39,081 nt of DNA, from the IMG/VR virus record IMGVR_UViG_3300023082_000006, positions 1 through 39,081 of that record; one strand, given 5' to 3'. This stretch comes from a virus. Positions 1 through 9,932 of the stretch are shown here, piece by piece. The notes under the pieces are model-generated. The model was not told where the DNA came from. It saw only the letters and a program-made list of their open reading frames with translations, and made no database searches. Position 1 is the first letter of the stretch, and each line of letters begins with the position of its first letter. The position numbers and the translations under genes are program-made.

Positions 1-127
1 CTGAATCAGAACTCAGACGCGACAGCTGCAATCGCCCAGATCGTCTCTGATCTTCAGATCGTCGTGGCGCAGCTACAGGCCACATCCACAGCAGCGCAGG
101 CCGCTCAACAGGCCGCAAACAACGCGC
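1..127. repeat. Terminal direct repeat, copy 1 (identical to 38955..39081): circular-assembly overlap or terminal redundancy
   Basis: Base-by-base comparison of the first 127 nt (ctgaatcagaactcagacgc...caaacaacgcgc) with the last 127 nt shows identity. The reading frame is continuous across the junction. Confidence 0.9.
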
Positions 128-570
128 AAGAAACGGCTGACGCGGCAGGCGGAACCGCGACATCAGGTTCTGCGTCGAATCCTTCTATTGACCTGCCGAC
201 GCTGAACGCATGGGTAAATGGTCCGATTGTGAACCTGACCGGGGTGGTCGCGGGTAACCTGACGATCACGGGTTCCGGTCCGCAACAGGACGGTGACGTG
301 TCTGTCGCTGGAACAGGCGCTAACGGAGAGTTCCGGATTGTCGAGATTGACGGCATGACGGAGACGACCCGATTTACGGGCGAGATGAATATCCGCACGT
401 TTGATGGATCGACCTATACCGTGACGAACCTGAGTTCGTCCGAAGTGCAGGATTTTGTGGAAGCGCGCACGAACACAGGCGCCATCTCCTACCGCATTGA
501 CGCCCGACGTACGAGCGGAACCGCCGTCAGTTCGCTGCTGCTCTACATCTTTGCAAGGCGGACGACGTGA
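1..570 (+). CDS. Tail needle/plug-like coiled-coil structural protein, C-terminal part. The gene starts at 38835 and wraps the junction (about 229 aa in total).
   Basis: Frame 1 is open from base 1 (LNQNSDATAAIAQIV...), in phase with the ATG at 38835. It has an Ala/Gln-rich heptad-like N-terminal region and a beta-rich C-terminus. It sits after the gp10-like gene, as gp26 does in P22. The track ORF 64..570 is only the GTG-trimmed part. Confidence 0.75.
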   Translation: MNQNSDATAAIAQIVSDLQIVVAQLQATSTAAQAAQQAANNAQETADAAGGTATSGSASNPSIDLPTLNAWVNGPIVNLTGVVAGNLTITGSGPQQDGDVSVAGTGANGEFRIVEIDGMTETTRFTGEMNIRTFDGSTYTVTNLSSSEVQDFVEARTNTGAISYRIDARRTSGTAVSSLLLYIFARRTT

Positions 571-1019
571 TTGAGCGGGATTACCTGTTCTGGGATGGTG
601 TCGCAGCGCACGAGGCTGTTTCGCCCCATATTTTCATGGGGACCGAACCGTTCAGCCTGAAAGACATCGTGTCTCGTGAACTGAATATGCCGCTTCGGTC
701 CGAGCATGGGGGTGTGTTGCTGCTAGGGCTAGACGGCTTCGGCCTCGTCCGTGAGATGCACACGCTCTACACGCCGGAAGGCTGGGGGCGTGAGGTTGCT
801 ACGAACGGCAAGCTGTTCATGCACGAGGCGTTCAAAACGACTCAGGTAATTTTCACCCACGAACAGGAAGAAAACTGGCGGTCTCGACCTCCTAAAAGCC
901 ATGGCTGGCAAAGTCAGGGAGATTTCTGCTATGTAGGTCTCACAAAACGGCTTAAGCTGTGGATGCTCACCCGCGAGGCTTTCTATGCTTCGCCCGTAGG
1001 ACGTAAATTATGCCAGTAG
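567..1019 (+). CDS. Hypothetical protein (virion/ejection module by position)
   Basis: 150-aa ORF with a GTGA overlap onto the upstream stop. It lies between the needle-like and ejection-protein genes. No motif recognised. Confidence 0.7.
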   Translation: MIERDYLFWDGVAAHEAVSPHIFMGTEPFSLKDIVSRELNMPLRSEHGGVLLLGLDGFGLVREMHTLYTPEGWGREVATNGKLFMHEAFKTTQVIFTHEQEENWRSRPPKSHGWQSQGDFCYVGLTKRLKLWMLTREAFYASPVGRKLCQ

Positions 1020-1876
1020 TCGCCGCAGCAGCCATTGGAGCCGGAGGGAGTCTCCTTGCGGCGAACAGCGCATCCAAGGCGAACAACAAGGCTATTTCGG
1101 CAACGACTGCGGCGGCGGATCAGGCGACTGCGGAGCAGCGCCGTCAGTTCGACCAGAGCCGCGCCGATCAGCAGCCGTGGCTGGCGACGGGCACGGGCGC
1201 TCTCAATCAACTGGCCTCGCTGTATGGCCTCCCTACGGCCCAGAATTCGGCCTCGTTCAACGAAGCCGGGTATCTAGCGGCTAACCCTGACGTGGCTCAA
1301 GCCGTTCAAGGCGGTGCGTTCGGCGGATCAGCCCTGAACCACTATCAACAGTACGGACAGGCGGAAAACCGTCAGGGCGGAACGACTACGACAGGGGGCG
1401 CTGCGGCTCCGTCTGGCATGGCTGGTTTTATGGCCTCCCCCGACTATCAGTTCAGGCAGAACGAACAGGCCCGTGCTCTGACCGCCCGAAACAGCGCCTT
1501 GGGTATTCAGGACAGTGGCGCGGCTCAGAAGGCGGCCTTGCAGTACAGCGGAAATCTCGCTTCCAGTGAGTTCAATAACTACGCGAACCGGCTGGCTTCG
1601 CTGGCTGGTGTCGGTCAATCGGCAGCGAACACTTCGGCGCAACTCGGCCAGAACTACGCGGGTCAGGTCGGGAACATCGCGCAGAACACGGCTCAGACGC
1701 TTGGGTCATCGTACCAGAATCAGGGCGCTATAAACGGCGGCGTAATCCAGAACCTTGCTGGCATCGGGGCCGGTTTTGCAAACCAGTGGCCGTCCGCTCA
1801 GAATACGGGGATTGCCGGATATGGAGCTTCGCCTTGGTCTGGTTCGGTTCTTCCGAACAGCGCGTTCAAGTGGTGA
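1010..1876 (+). CDS. Internal virion / ejection protein (low-complexity, Ala/Gln/Gly-rich)
   Basis: 288-aa ORF with a hydrophobic N-terminus (MPVVAAAAIGAGGSLLAA) and Q/A/N/G-rich composition. Its position matches P22 gp7. Confidence 0.7.
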   Translation: MPVVAAAAIGAGGSLLAANSASKANNKAISATTAAADQATAEQRRQFDQSRADQQPWLATGTGALNQLASLYGLPTAQNSASFNEAGYLAANPDVAQAVQGGAFGGSALNHYQQYGQAENRQGGTTTTGGAAAPSGMAGFMASPDYQFRQNEQARALTARNSALGIQDSGAAQKAALQYSGNLASSEFNNYANRLASLAGVGQSAANTSAQLGQNYAGQVGNIAQNTAQTLGSSYQNQGAINGGVIQNLAGIGAGFANQWPSAQNTGIAGYGASPWSGSVLPNSAFKW

Positions 1877-1879
1877 TAA

Positions 1880-3829
1880 ATGCCGCAAGCATATGATTTC
1901 CTCGGCGGCGTCCAATCCGGTCAGGACTGGGTCAAGGGCCTGTATCAGGATCGCGCTCAGGTCCAGGCCGGACGCGCACTGCAAGGCGGGAACTTCGGTG
2001 CTGCGTCCGGTGCGTTGCTGGGCGCGGGCGACCTGCAAGGGGGGCTGGCGCTTCGTCAGCGTGGTCAGCAGGAGCAAGTCGCTCAGCAGGCTCAAGTTAC
2101 GGCGGATCAGGCGCGTCTTGCTGATTTTACGCTGAAAGCCGCGCGGGCTCTTAAATCGGTTCCTCCGGAGCAGCGCGGACAAGCTTATTCCGATCTTGCG
2201 CCTACCCTGCAAATGCTAGGCCAATCTCCTCAGGAGATTGCTGCTTTCGGTCAGGCTATGCAGCAGAACCCTGCTGTCATCGATCAGGCTGAACAATGGG
2301 CGGGGCAAACCGTTGCTGCGTGGGAGTTCAAGCAAGGTCCGACCGGCGACATTATCGGCGTTCGCCAAGGCCAGAACGGCGCTCCTGAAACAACTGTGGC
2401 TTACGATGCGCCGGATCGCCCCATTTCTACGCCTTACGGTATCATCCTTCCTCCACAAGCCAACGCGCCTCAATCTGGCGGACAACCGCAAGCGCAAGCC
2501 ACCGGGACGGCGATTTCCGCCAATCCCTTGTGGCAGCGTCAGGTTCAGCAAGAAAGCGGCGGTCAGCAGTTCGGTCGTAACGGAGAGGTTCTGACCTCGC
2601 CTGCCGGTGCTTTCGGTGTCGCCCAACTCATGCCGGGCACTGCCGCAGACATGGCGCGACAGATGGGCGTTACGGTTGAGCAGCTTCGTTCTGACCCCGC
2701 ACTCAACGAGGCTGCGGGCCAGCGCTATCAAAACCAGCAGCTTGAGAAGTACGGCGGCAATCAGGCGCTTGCTCTGGCTGCGTATAACGCTGGTCCCGGT
2801 CGCGTTGATGAGTGGATTCAGCGATTTGGCGATCCCCGTACGGGAGAGATTTCCACTGAAGAGTTCGTCGCCAGCATTCCTTTTGCCGAGACTCGCCAGT
2901 ATGTGCAAAATATCACCAACGGTGATTACGGGCAGGGCGATAACGAGGGGGATGCTGGTCAACAGACGAGCGGACTTCAACAGCTTGGCGGCGGCTACAC
3001 GCTTCAGCAGATGCAGACGCCTGCTGATCAGAGGGCTGAACGTCAATACCAGCTTTCCGTCAATGCCGACCGACGCGCGGAAACTGCTGCTGAGCGAGCG
3101 GCACGCTCCGAGGAACGAACCAACTCTCGTCTGGATGAGACTGTGGCGCGGCAAGACCGGGTCGGTACAAGCCAGCTTCGCCGCGAGTTTAATGGCCGCA
3201 AGGAAGTCGCGGAGTTTCGTGAGGTCGATAACGCTTATCGGTCCATGCAGACGGCTGTTCGGAACCCTTCTCCTGCCGGGGACATCAATCTGATTTTCTC
3301 TTACATGAAGGTTTTGGACCCTACCTCTACGGTCCGTGAAGGTGAGTTCGCTACGGCGTCCAATGCAGGCTCAGCCTTTGAGGCTATAGGAAATCAATAC
3401 AATCGCGTACTTCAAGGCACGCGCCTAAACGCCCGTCAGCGTCAGGACTTCCTTAATCAGGCGGGAAGCCTTCGCGCCTCTCGTGAACAACGGTTTGGCC
3501 AGATTCGTTCTGAGTATGAGCAAGAAGCGCGCATTAATGGCTATGACCCTCAAGCAATCGTCGGGGGTGTAAATGACCAAGGCCAGCGTCAACGCCCACG
3601 CACCAACGCTCCTGGCCTTCCATTCAACATCACCGACAGCCAGCTTGCAATCAGGCGCAACCTTGTTGCTAGAGGAGCAACCCCTAGCGCCCGCCCCGGT
3701 GATCCGTTGAACCCGATTTACATCAATCCTCAGGATGAGGCTTCCAGCATCCGTAACCTGCGACCGGGACAATGGTTCGTGCCGCCCCGAGGCACGACAG
3801 CCCTTCAAGTCCCTCCGAGGCGTCGATAA
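1880..3829 (+). CDS. Internal virion / ejection protein with a lytic transglycosylase (SLT) domain
   Basis: SLT family-1 motifs are present: QQESGGQQF (catalytic E-S), GAFGVAQLMPGTA and AAYNAGPGRVDEW. The protein is 649 aa and sits in the ejection-protein block. Confidence 0.85.
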   Translation: MPQAYDFLGGVQSGQDWVKGLYQDRAQVQAGRALQGGNFGAASGALLGAGDLQGGLALRQRGQQEQVAQQAQVTADQARLADFTLKAARALKSVPPEQRGQAYSDLAPTLQMLGQSPQEIAAFGQAMQQNPAVIDQAEQWAGQTVAAWEFKQGPTGDIIGVRQGQNGAPETTVAYDAPDRPISTPYGIILPPQANAPQSGGQPQAQATGTAISANPLWQRQVQQESGGQQFGRNGEVLTSPAGAFGVAQLMPGTAADMARQMGVTVEQLRSDPALNEAAGQRYQNQQLEKYGGNQALALAAYNAGPGRVDEWIQRFGDPRTGEISTEEFVASIPFAETRQYVQNITNGDYGQGDNEGDAGQQTSGLQQLGGGYTLQQMQTPADQRAERQYQLSVNADRRAETAAERAARSEERTNSRLDETVARQDRVGTSQLRREFNGRKEVAEFREVDNAYRSMQTAVRNPSPAGDINLIFSYMKVLDPTSTVREGEFATASNAGSAFEAIGNQYNRVLQGTRLNARQRQDFLNQAGSLRASREQRFGQIRSEYEQEARINGYDPQAIVGGVNDQGQRQRPRTNAPGLPFNITDSQLAIRRNLVARGATPSARPGDPLNPIYINPQDEASSIRNLRPGQWFVPPRGTTALQVPPRRR

Positions 3830-5823
3830 TGGCCCGCGCGCAAGACCCAAACTCTTTTTACGCGGCGGCTACGGCTCACACTCAAACTGACCCTGCTGCG
3901 GCTGCGGCCCTGGCTCGTTATCGTGAAGCCTACCCTGATGATGTGAACGCTACGGTCTTGTCTCCGGGGCAGGAGGGATATGCGGGACCAGCGGAACTGG
4001 ACCCGCAGGCGGATGTGTATGTTAAGGCGAAACCGCTAACTGATTCGCGCCTGCGTGCGGAGGTTGAAGCCGAACGCCGCCTAGGCGCGAACGGAGATAC
4101 CGCAGCGCGCGAAAGCACGCTGATGAACGGCCTGCTGCTTGGCGGTGCGGATGAGGTTTACGGTCGTCTGGCGCAAGGTGGTCAGATGGCGACGAACCTT
4201 GGCCGCCGCCTTCAAGGCCTGCCAATCGAGATCAATTCGTCGGACCTCAACGACGCGACAGTGCAGGCCTATCGTCAGACCACCGGAGATTTCGCACAGG
4301 AGCATCCATGGCAGGCTGGTGGACTAACGCTGGCTGGTGGCGCACTTACGGGCGGGGCTACGTTGGGCGCAGGGGTTGCCGGAGCCGCTGCTACCGGTGC
4401 TGGATACGGCGCGCTTAGCGGCCTCAATTCAGGCACGGGCGGTTTTGCTGATCGCTTGCCTGGAGCAGCCTTAGGGGCGGCTATTGGTGGTGCGACGGGA
4501 GGTACTGTTCAGGGCGTCGCACAAGTGGCTGCTCCCTATGCTCAGCGGCTTGCCGGGATCGCGGGGGGTGCGACTCGCCCCCTGCGTAACAGCGGACGTG
4601 CAGCCGACGTTCAAACTCTCGTGGATAGCGGTGTCTCGCTGACGCCCGGTCAGCGAATCGGCGGACTGGTTCAGAACGTCGAGAACCTTGCACAACGCGC
4701 ACCTATCCTTGGGCCTGCAATCCGTGGCGCTCGTCAACGTGGCTCTGAAACACTGAACCGCGCGGTTGGTTTGCGCGCCATGGATAACGTGGATCAGGGC
4801 ATTCCCGCAAATATCCCGGCTGGTTCGGAGATGGTCTCTTATGTCAGCGACAAGCTAGGAGACGAGTTCACGCGTGGATATGCAATGGTCCCGACGTTCG
4901 TTCCCGATGATCAACTGATGAGTGGGCTGCGGGCTGTGAGCGAGGCCAAGGCAGACCTTCCGCCAGAGTTCGGCAGGCAGTTCGATAACATCATCAGTTC
5001 GCGCCTTCAGCGGCTCGGAGGACAGGATGTGTCGGGCGAGGCTGTGGGGTCTGTTCGCTCCGAGATCAACAAGTTGGCCGCTGGTTATCTGAAGTCACAG
5101 GACCCTGCTCAGCAAGGTCTGGGGCAGATGCTTGCGGGCGTCGTGGACGAACTAGATTCGGCCATTACACGCATCAATCCTCAGGCCGGTGAGGTCCTTG
5201 GCAATGCGCGTCAAGGCTGGACGGATTACATGCGGCTGGAGCGCGCCTCTACCGCCGCCAACGGCAACAGCTTCTCTCCGGGACAACTCTCGTCTGCCGT
5301 GCGCCAATCAGACGGTTCGGTTCGTCGCGGCGCAGTTGCTCGCGGCGAAGCCCGCATGCAAGACTTGTCGCGCGCGGCCTCCAACATCATGCCGGATACG
5401 TTTGGCAATCCTGGAACGGCTGATGCGATTGGCCTTGGCGCGTTGGGAACTGGCCTTGTTACGGAGCCTGTCACTACAGCGGCTATCTCTGCCGGATTGG
5501 GCGCGGCCTCTGTTCCGTACCTTATGATGGCGCGCAAGGTCGTGGAAAGGCTTCCCGCCAATGCGACACGCCGCGAACTGGCTACAGCGGTCAATGAGGT
5601 TGAGGGGGCTGCACAGGCGCTTGGCGTAGAGTCGGGCGATGCTCTGGAGCAAATCGTCAACACCGCTGAAGCGGCTCGTGCTGCGGGTCGTCCTGTGCCT
5701 CGTGTGGCGCGCGATCTCGTCAACCGCGCCCGCAACACACTTGGCGCTAACGATAACCTCGTGGGGCAGCTTGAGCGGCTTCTGTTGCCATCGCGTGTCT
5801 CAGCAGAAGAAGAACAGCAATGA
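3829..5823 (+). CDS. Large internal virion / ejection protein with a Gly/Ala-rich membrane-like segment
   Basis: I chose the ATG at 3829, which overlaps the upstream TAA, over the track start at 3772. It contains a long GGxxG-type hydrophobic stretch (GGLTLAGGALTGGATLGAGVAGAAATGAGYGALSG). Its position matches P22 gp16. Confidence 0.75.
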   Translation: MARAQDPNSFYAAATAHTQTDPAAAAALARYREAYPDDVNATVLSPGQEGYAGPAELDPQADVYVKAKPLTDSRLRAEVEAERRLGANGDTAARESTLMNGLLLGGADEVYGRLAQGGQMATNLGRRLQGLPIEINSSDLNDATVQAYRQTTGDFAQEHPWQAGGLTLAGGALTGGATLGAGVAGAAATGAGYGALSGLNSGTGGFADRLPGAALGAAIGGATGGTVQGVAQVAAPYAQRLAGIAGGATRPLRNSGRAADVQTLVDSGVSLTPGQRIGGLVQNVENLAQRAPILGPAIRGARQRGSETLNRAVGLRAMDNVDQGIPANIPAGSEMVSYVSDKLGDEFTRGYAMVPTFVPDDQLMSGLRAVSEAKADLPPEFGRQFDNIISSRLQRLGGQDVSGEAVGSVRSEINKLAAGYLKSQDPAQQGLGQMLAGVVDELDSAITRINPQAGEVLGNARQGWTDYMRLERASTAANGNSFSPGQLSSAVRQSDGSVRRGAVARGEARMQDLSRAASNIMPDTFGNPGTADAIGLGALGTGLVTEPVTTAAISAGLGAASVPYLMMARKVVERLPANATRRELATAVNEVEGAAQALGVESGDALEQIVNTAEAARAAGRPVPRVARDLVNRARNTLGANDNLVGQLERLLLPSRVSAEEEQQ

Positions 5824-5842
5824 GTGGCGCTAAGAGCCACGA

Positions 5843-8059
5843 TTGGCTACTCTGCCACAACAAAAACAGGATCAGCAATCTCACGCTGATCACTATACAC
5901 GGATTCTGAGAATGCCAGCAGGCCGCATCGTTCTCCCCCCATACTTCCCTGTCAGAGACGGGAATGGACACCCTGTGTCCGGTGCGGAACTGTACGTCTA
6001 TGAAAACGAGACGACGACGCTGGCGACGATCTACACGGATTTCGCGCTAACGATCCCGTCTGCAAACCCCCTATCGGCCAATACATCTGGCGTCTTCCCT
6101 GCTGTGTTTGCAGAGGCAGGAACGGAAGAAGACCCGGTCCTATACTCCATGGCCGTTACTGACAGCGCTGGCCGCGCTCCGGGTCGCCCATCTGTGTTCG
6201 ACAACTACCGCCCGTCTGTGGACTATGAGACGGCGACCCTGATCCTGGCTGAACAGGCGAGCGAGTCTGCACAGGCAGACGCAGAAATCGCCACTCAGGC
6301 GCTCGCGGATATTTTGGCTCTGGCGCAATCTTCGCCAGAAGCCCCTTCTGTCGCGAACAAAGCGGACATTGACCTCGATAACGTGTCGCAGGCAACTTTT
6401 GGAGGAAAGTCCGTTCTTCCCGCCGGGGCCTCTGTAGCTGTATCCCTGTCGTCCGCTCTCGGACAAACGCTCACGCCTGAGTACGCGGGCGCTACGGCTG
6501 GCGTGTTCACGCTGGCTCAAGGGACGGCAAACATGGCCGCCCTGACGATTGCAATCAATCAGGGCCGCATCATTGACGGAGGTGGGCGGGCCTATGCGAT
6601 CAACGGGCCGTTTACGATTCCGGCAAATGTGGTCGGACTTCGCAACATCACTTTCCGGCAAGTCTCTACAAATCCGGCCTTTGGGAAATCAATCCTCGCC
6701 ACTGGTCTTGATACGGTCGTTCTGGATAACGTGATCCTTGACCTTAACGGCATCCAGCAGACAGGAGGATTCAGCGATAGCGTCGGAATCCAGTTCAGTG
6801 ACGTCGATCTGGTTCGTATGAACCGAGTACGCGTCATTAACGGTGGGGCTATCACAGGAATCCTGTGCTTCGATTGCGACCGCGTCGAAATGGATAATGT
6901 CGTCGCAGAAAACTTTAGCGCCACGTTCGCCACGTTGCCTACAGACGACGTGATGCAGGGGATTTTTCTTCTAGGATGCGATCAGGTTCGTGCATGGCGA
7001 ACGGGTGCGCGTAATCTGACGGCTACAGGCCCTTGGGTCACGTCCACAACCCGTCGTTTTTCTCGCGGCCTTGTCGCTGGCGGCATGACGTACGCCACCT
7101 TTGACACCTGTTTCGGAGACCTCGTTGATCAGGGCGTAGACATCACGGGATCGGACGGCAACGAGAACGTCACGATTCTGAACACGCAGTCAACCGATTG
7201 CACAAGCTACGGGCTCAAGTCGGCCAACCACAACCGCAATATCCAGATCATCGGCGGCCAGATCATTCGTCCTGGGAAATACGGCGTAGAAATCAGCCAG
7301 GCTAACGACACCACAGGGTTCCCGACAGAGAACCACGAAATTGTAGGCGTTCGGGTCGTTAACGCTGGGTTTGGCGGGTACTGGCCCTCGGGGCGATACG
7401 CCTTCCACACGCAGGGTGCAGGCTCCGGTTCGGTTGGTCGTCCAGCAAATATAAACTTCCGAAACTGTCAGGCTATCGACAATCAAACGGTAAAAACGAT
7501 GGACGGGCCGCTGCTCGTGTCGGATGTCGTCAAACAGGCTCCCAACAGCACGATTGGCCTCACACGATGGATCGACAGCCAGTCCATCGGAGGAATCTCT
7601 AATCTGACAAACGGGGCAGATAACCCCATCTGCCAGGTCACCGGCACGGGAACGCAATCAGTCGCAAATATCGGCGCTGGCGGGACCATTATCCTGTTTC
7701 CAGTCGATGTGTACGACCCGTCAAACATGCACGATCCTACTGGTGTGGTCGTCCCATCTTCGCGTATTTATGCCAAGATTACAGGATGGTATCTCGCCGA
7801 AGCTTCTGCGTTGTTTAACGTAAACGCCACCGGCTATCGTCAGCTAAGATTTCTCGTTAACAGCAGCGTTGCAGGGCAACCGGCGACAAAAGAGCAATCT
7901 TCCTCTACACTCTCTACGAGTGTGGACCTCAGCCGCACATTCTATATGAATGCCGGAGACCATATTCAGGTCGCCGCATATCAGGATAGCGGTGGCGCGA
8001 TTAACCTGAACATGGCGGAAACGAGATTCAGCCTGACTCTCGTTAGCGAAGGGAACTAA
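5843..8059 (+). CDS. Tailspike with right-handed parallel beta-helix (putative polysaccharide depolymerase)
   Basis: Repeated beta-helix rungs are visible (VVLDNVILDLNG, VRMNRVRVINGG, VEMDNVVAENF, IQIIGGQIIRPG, HEIVGVRVVNAG, INFRNCQAIDN). 5843 is a TTG; an alternative ATG at 5912 gives MPAGRIVLPPYF. Confidence 0.8.
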   Translation: MATLPQQKQDQQSHADHYTRILRMPAGRIVLPPYFPVRDGNGHPVSGAELYVYENETTTLATIYTDFALTIPSANPLSANTSGVFPAVFAEAGTEEDPVLYSMAVTDSAGRAPGRPSVFDNYRPSVDYETATLILAEQASESAQADAEIATQALADILALAQSSPEAPSVANKADIDLDNVSQATFGGKSVLPAGASVAVSLSSALGQTLTPEYAGATAGVFTLAQGTANMAALTIAINQGRIIDGGGRAYAINGPFTIPANVVGLRNITFRQVSTNPAFGKSILATGLDTVVLDNVILDLNGIQQTGGFSDSVGIQFSDVDLVRMNRVRVINGGAITGILCFDCDRVEMDNVVAENFSATFATLPTDDVMQGIFLLGCDQVRAWRTGARNLTATGPWVTSTTRRFSRGLVAGGMTYATFDTCFGDLVDQGVDITGSDGNENVTILNTQSTDCTSYGLKSANHNRNIQIIGGQIIRPGKYGVEISQANDTTGFPTENHEIVGVRVVNAGFGGYWPSGRYAFHTQGAGSGSVGRPANINFRNCQAIDNQTVKTMDGPLLVSDVVKQAPNSTIGLTRWIDSQSIGGISNLTNGADNPICQVTGTGTQSVANIGAGGTIILFPVDVYDPSNMHDPTGVVVPSSRIYAKITGWYLAEASALFNVNATGYRQLRFLVNSSVAGQPATKEQSSSTLSTSVDLSRTFYMNAGDHIQVAAYQDSGGAINLNMAETRFSLTLVSEGN

Positions 8060-8062
8060 GAG

Positions 8063-8164
8063 ATGAAGAAGCCAAAGCCGGTTACGATGCGGGTGGGTCC
8101 TGGTGGTCATGAGACGCCCCCACCGCCTCCCAAGCGCACAACCTCAACTCCGAAAAAGAAGTGA
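8063..8164 (+). CDS. Possible 33-aa basic, Pro-rich peptide (MKKPKPVTMRVGPGGHETPPPPPKRTTSTPKKK)
   Basis: The ATG lies 3 nt after the tailspike stop, and its TGA overlaps the GTG of the next gene (GTGA). It is below the ORF-track cutoff and its GC3 is only moderate. Confidence 0.3.
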   Translation: MKKPKPVTMRVGPGGHETPPPPPKRTTSTPKKK

Positions 8165-8607
8165 TTTTCTGGGGTCTCGCCATTCTGGTCGCCTGCCTTG
8201 TGGCCGACAAGGATGCGAGACCCCACGCCTTCATTCTAGCCGCTGGCTGGCTTCTGGGATTCTACGCCGCGTTCTGGTGGCCGATTAACCCCCTGATCAG
8301 TACGGTTGCAGGCCTGTGTTTCTTGGCCCTGCATCTTCGCTCACCGGCTTGGTGGAAGTTCGCGCTTTCCGGCCTTGCCCTGTTCATGCTTGGCATGGAC
8401 TTCGTTTATGCGCTCTACCTTTTACAAGGCGTGTGGATTGGTCCACAATACGACCTTGTATTGAGTGTCGCACTTGCGACGCAACTAGCCCTTGTGGCCC
8501 ATCGGGGTATCTGGAATGGCGTTCGTGGGCTGGGTAAGTGGCTGTCTGGTCGTTTTTCTGGGTGGAGCGTTCCTGTTGGTGCGCGACGCGATTCGGAAGT
8601 GTCGTAA
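8161..8607 (+). CDS. Multi-pass membrane protein (lysis cassette; function unknown)
   Basis: 148 aa with about 5 hydrophobic helices (GLAILVACLVA, AFILAAGWLLGFYAAFWW, LISTVAGLCFLALHL, and others). It lies upstream of the holin-like and endolysin genes. Confidence 0.7.
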   Translation: MIFWGLAILVACLVADKDARPHAFILAAGWLLGFYAAFWWPINPLISTVAGLCFLALHLRSPAWWKFALSGLALFMLGMDFVYALYLLQGVWIGPQYDLVLSVALATQLALVAHRGIWNGVRGLGKWLSGRFSGWSVPVGARRDSEVS

Positions 8608-8946
8608 ATGACAGGGTTCATGGCATGGTTCGCGGAAAACAGTTGGCTTTACGTTGGTTCGGTTTCTGGTTCTCTCATCGCGATGAGCGCGGCGAGAAAC
8701 CTTACGCTGGCTGGACGGCTGCAAACCCTGATCGTCGGGACGTTGTCTGGATGCCTGGCAGGCCCCGCTATCTGCGAACTGTGGTTCGCTCAATATGACC
8801 CGCAAAGCTCACGCATCCCCTCGTTCATCTGCGGCCTTGTCGGCCTCACAGCCTTGGGGCTCATCCCGATCATCATCAAGAAGTCGAAAGACCTCTTCGA
8901 AAAATATCAATTCAAAATCATCGCCACGGAGCCACGTGATGAGTAG
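8608..8946 (+). CDS. Putative holin (3 predicted TM helices, charged C-terminus)
   Basis: 112 aa. It has hydrophobic segments followed by a KKSKDLFEKYQ tail and lies two genes upstream of the endolysin. Confidence 0.6.
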   Translation: MTGFMAWFAENSWLYVGSVSGSLIAMSAARNLTLAGRLQTLIVGTLSGCLAGPAICELWFAQYDPQSSRIPSFICGLVGLTALGLIPIIIKKSKDLFEKYQFKIIATEPRDE

Positions 8947-9337
8947 CTATCAGACTGCTCAACGGTGGATGGACGCCATGGACGTCAAGGCTTATGCGGG
9001 AGCCGGTTTCTTCGTCCTGTGCATCGTCGCCAGTGCCGTGTTCGGTGTTCTGCCACACGGGAGCCTCCTGTACATCAACGCCCTTGTCAGCGGCGCTGCG
9101 TGGATGGTCTGTCTTGGCATCCTGATCTTCGGCGGTAGGCGCGTCGATCTCTATGACACGGTGACGGCGGCGCTGCTGGCAGGAGGCCTGACGACATCGA
9201 TTCCGTCGCTGTTCGCCAACGACTCCGTCGTGGTCTGGGGCTCTACGTTCAGCCGCTTGGGTGTGCTGATGTTCGCACTGCGGTGGGCCTGGAATATCTA
9301 CAGCCGGGTTCGCAACGAGCGGGACGCTGAGAAGTGA
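8939..9337 (+). CDS. Membrane protein (about 4 TM; holin/antiholin-like by position)
   Basis: I chose the ATG at 8939 (MSSYQTAQRW...), which overlaps the upstream TAG, over the track start at 8795, whose N-terminus is Ser/Arg-rich and overlaps the previous gene. Confidence 0.65.
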   Translation: MSSYQTAQRWMDAMDVKAYAGAGFFVLCIVASAVFGVLPHGSLLYINALVSGAAWMVCLGILIFGGRRVDLYDTVTAALLAGGLTTSIPSLFANDSVVVWGSTFSRLGVLMFALRWAWNIYSRVRNERDAEK

Positions 9338-9930
9338 GCAAGACCGAGGACAATGAGGCGTTTGTTCGCGAAGTTCAGGCGGTGCTGGGCGTTGGTGTTG
9401 ATGGTCACGCTGGGACTCGCACCGTATCGGCGTGGCGTGCGAAAGAGGGCGTGGCGGGAGGTTCGTCGCCGCCGTCAGTAATCCCTGATTCCTACTGGCC
9501 GATGCTATCAAAGATCGAGTCTGGCGACCGTCCGTACGTGAAGGCTTCTACGTCTTCTGCGTCTGGCCTCTATCAGTTTATCCGCGCTACGTGGATCGCT
9601 GAAGGCGGTCAGTGGGGCTCGGACATGTCGAAGGCGTTCGGGGGGCTTAAGCCGTCCGTTGAGGAGCAGCTACGGCGCGCTAAGTCGTTCACAGAGAAGA
9701 ACGCCAACGTCCTTCGCAAGGCTGGAATCCCGATCAACAACGCCTCTCTGTACGCTGCTCACTTCCTTGGTGCTGGAACGGCTGTGAAGGCTCTTGAGGG
9801 TGCTGTGACAGACCGCATTGCGGAACACGTCGGGCTCGCTGCGATCCAGGCTAACCCGTCGATCCTTAAGGGGACGGTGGGGGATTTTCTGACTTGGTTG
9901 CAGCGGAAGACAGGGGTTTGGGCGAAGTAA
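9334..9930 (+). CDS. Endolysin: N-terminal peptidoglycan-binding domain plus lysozyme-like/transglycosylase domain
   Basis: PG_binding_1-like FVREVQAVLGVGVDGHAGTRTVSAWR, then SKIESGDRP...SSASGLYQFIRATW (catalytic Glu and GLYQF motif). GTGA start overlap. Confidence 0.85.
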   Translation: MSKTEDNEAFVREVQAVLGVGVDGHAGTRTVSAWRAKEGVAGGSSPPSVIPDSYWPMLSKIESGDRPYVKASTSSASGLYQFIRATWIAEGGQWGSDMSKAFGGLKPSVEEQLRRAKSFTEKNANVLRKAGIPINNASLYAAHFLGAGTAVKALEGAVTDRIAEHVGLAAIQANPSILKGTVGDFLTWLQRKTGVWAK

Positions 9931-9932
9931 GA

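Noticed and set aside
64-72. GTGGCGCAG 9-mer, identical to the degenerate iteron copy at 27096..27104, considered as a possible second (crr-like) site
   Set aside because: It is a single occurrence inside coding sequence, and a GC-rich 9-mer is expected by chance in about 78 kb of two-strand sequence. A proper genome-wide count is needed.
1-127. The terminal repeat interpreted as a genuine physical direct terminal repeat
   Set aside because: This is not excluded, but the repeat lies inside a coding sequence and its length matches a common assembler k-mer. I treat it as a circularisation overlap until read termini say otherwise.
8103-8288. 61-aa + strand ORF overlapping the start of the first lysis-cassette membrane protein
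   Set aside because: It is an Arg-rich alternative frame of a clear multi-TM protein gene.
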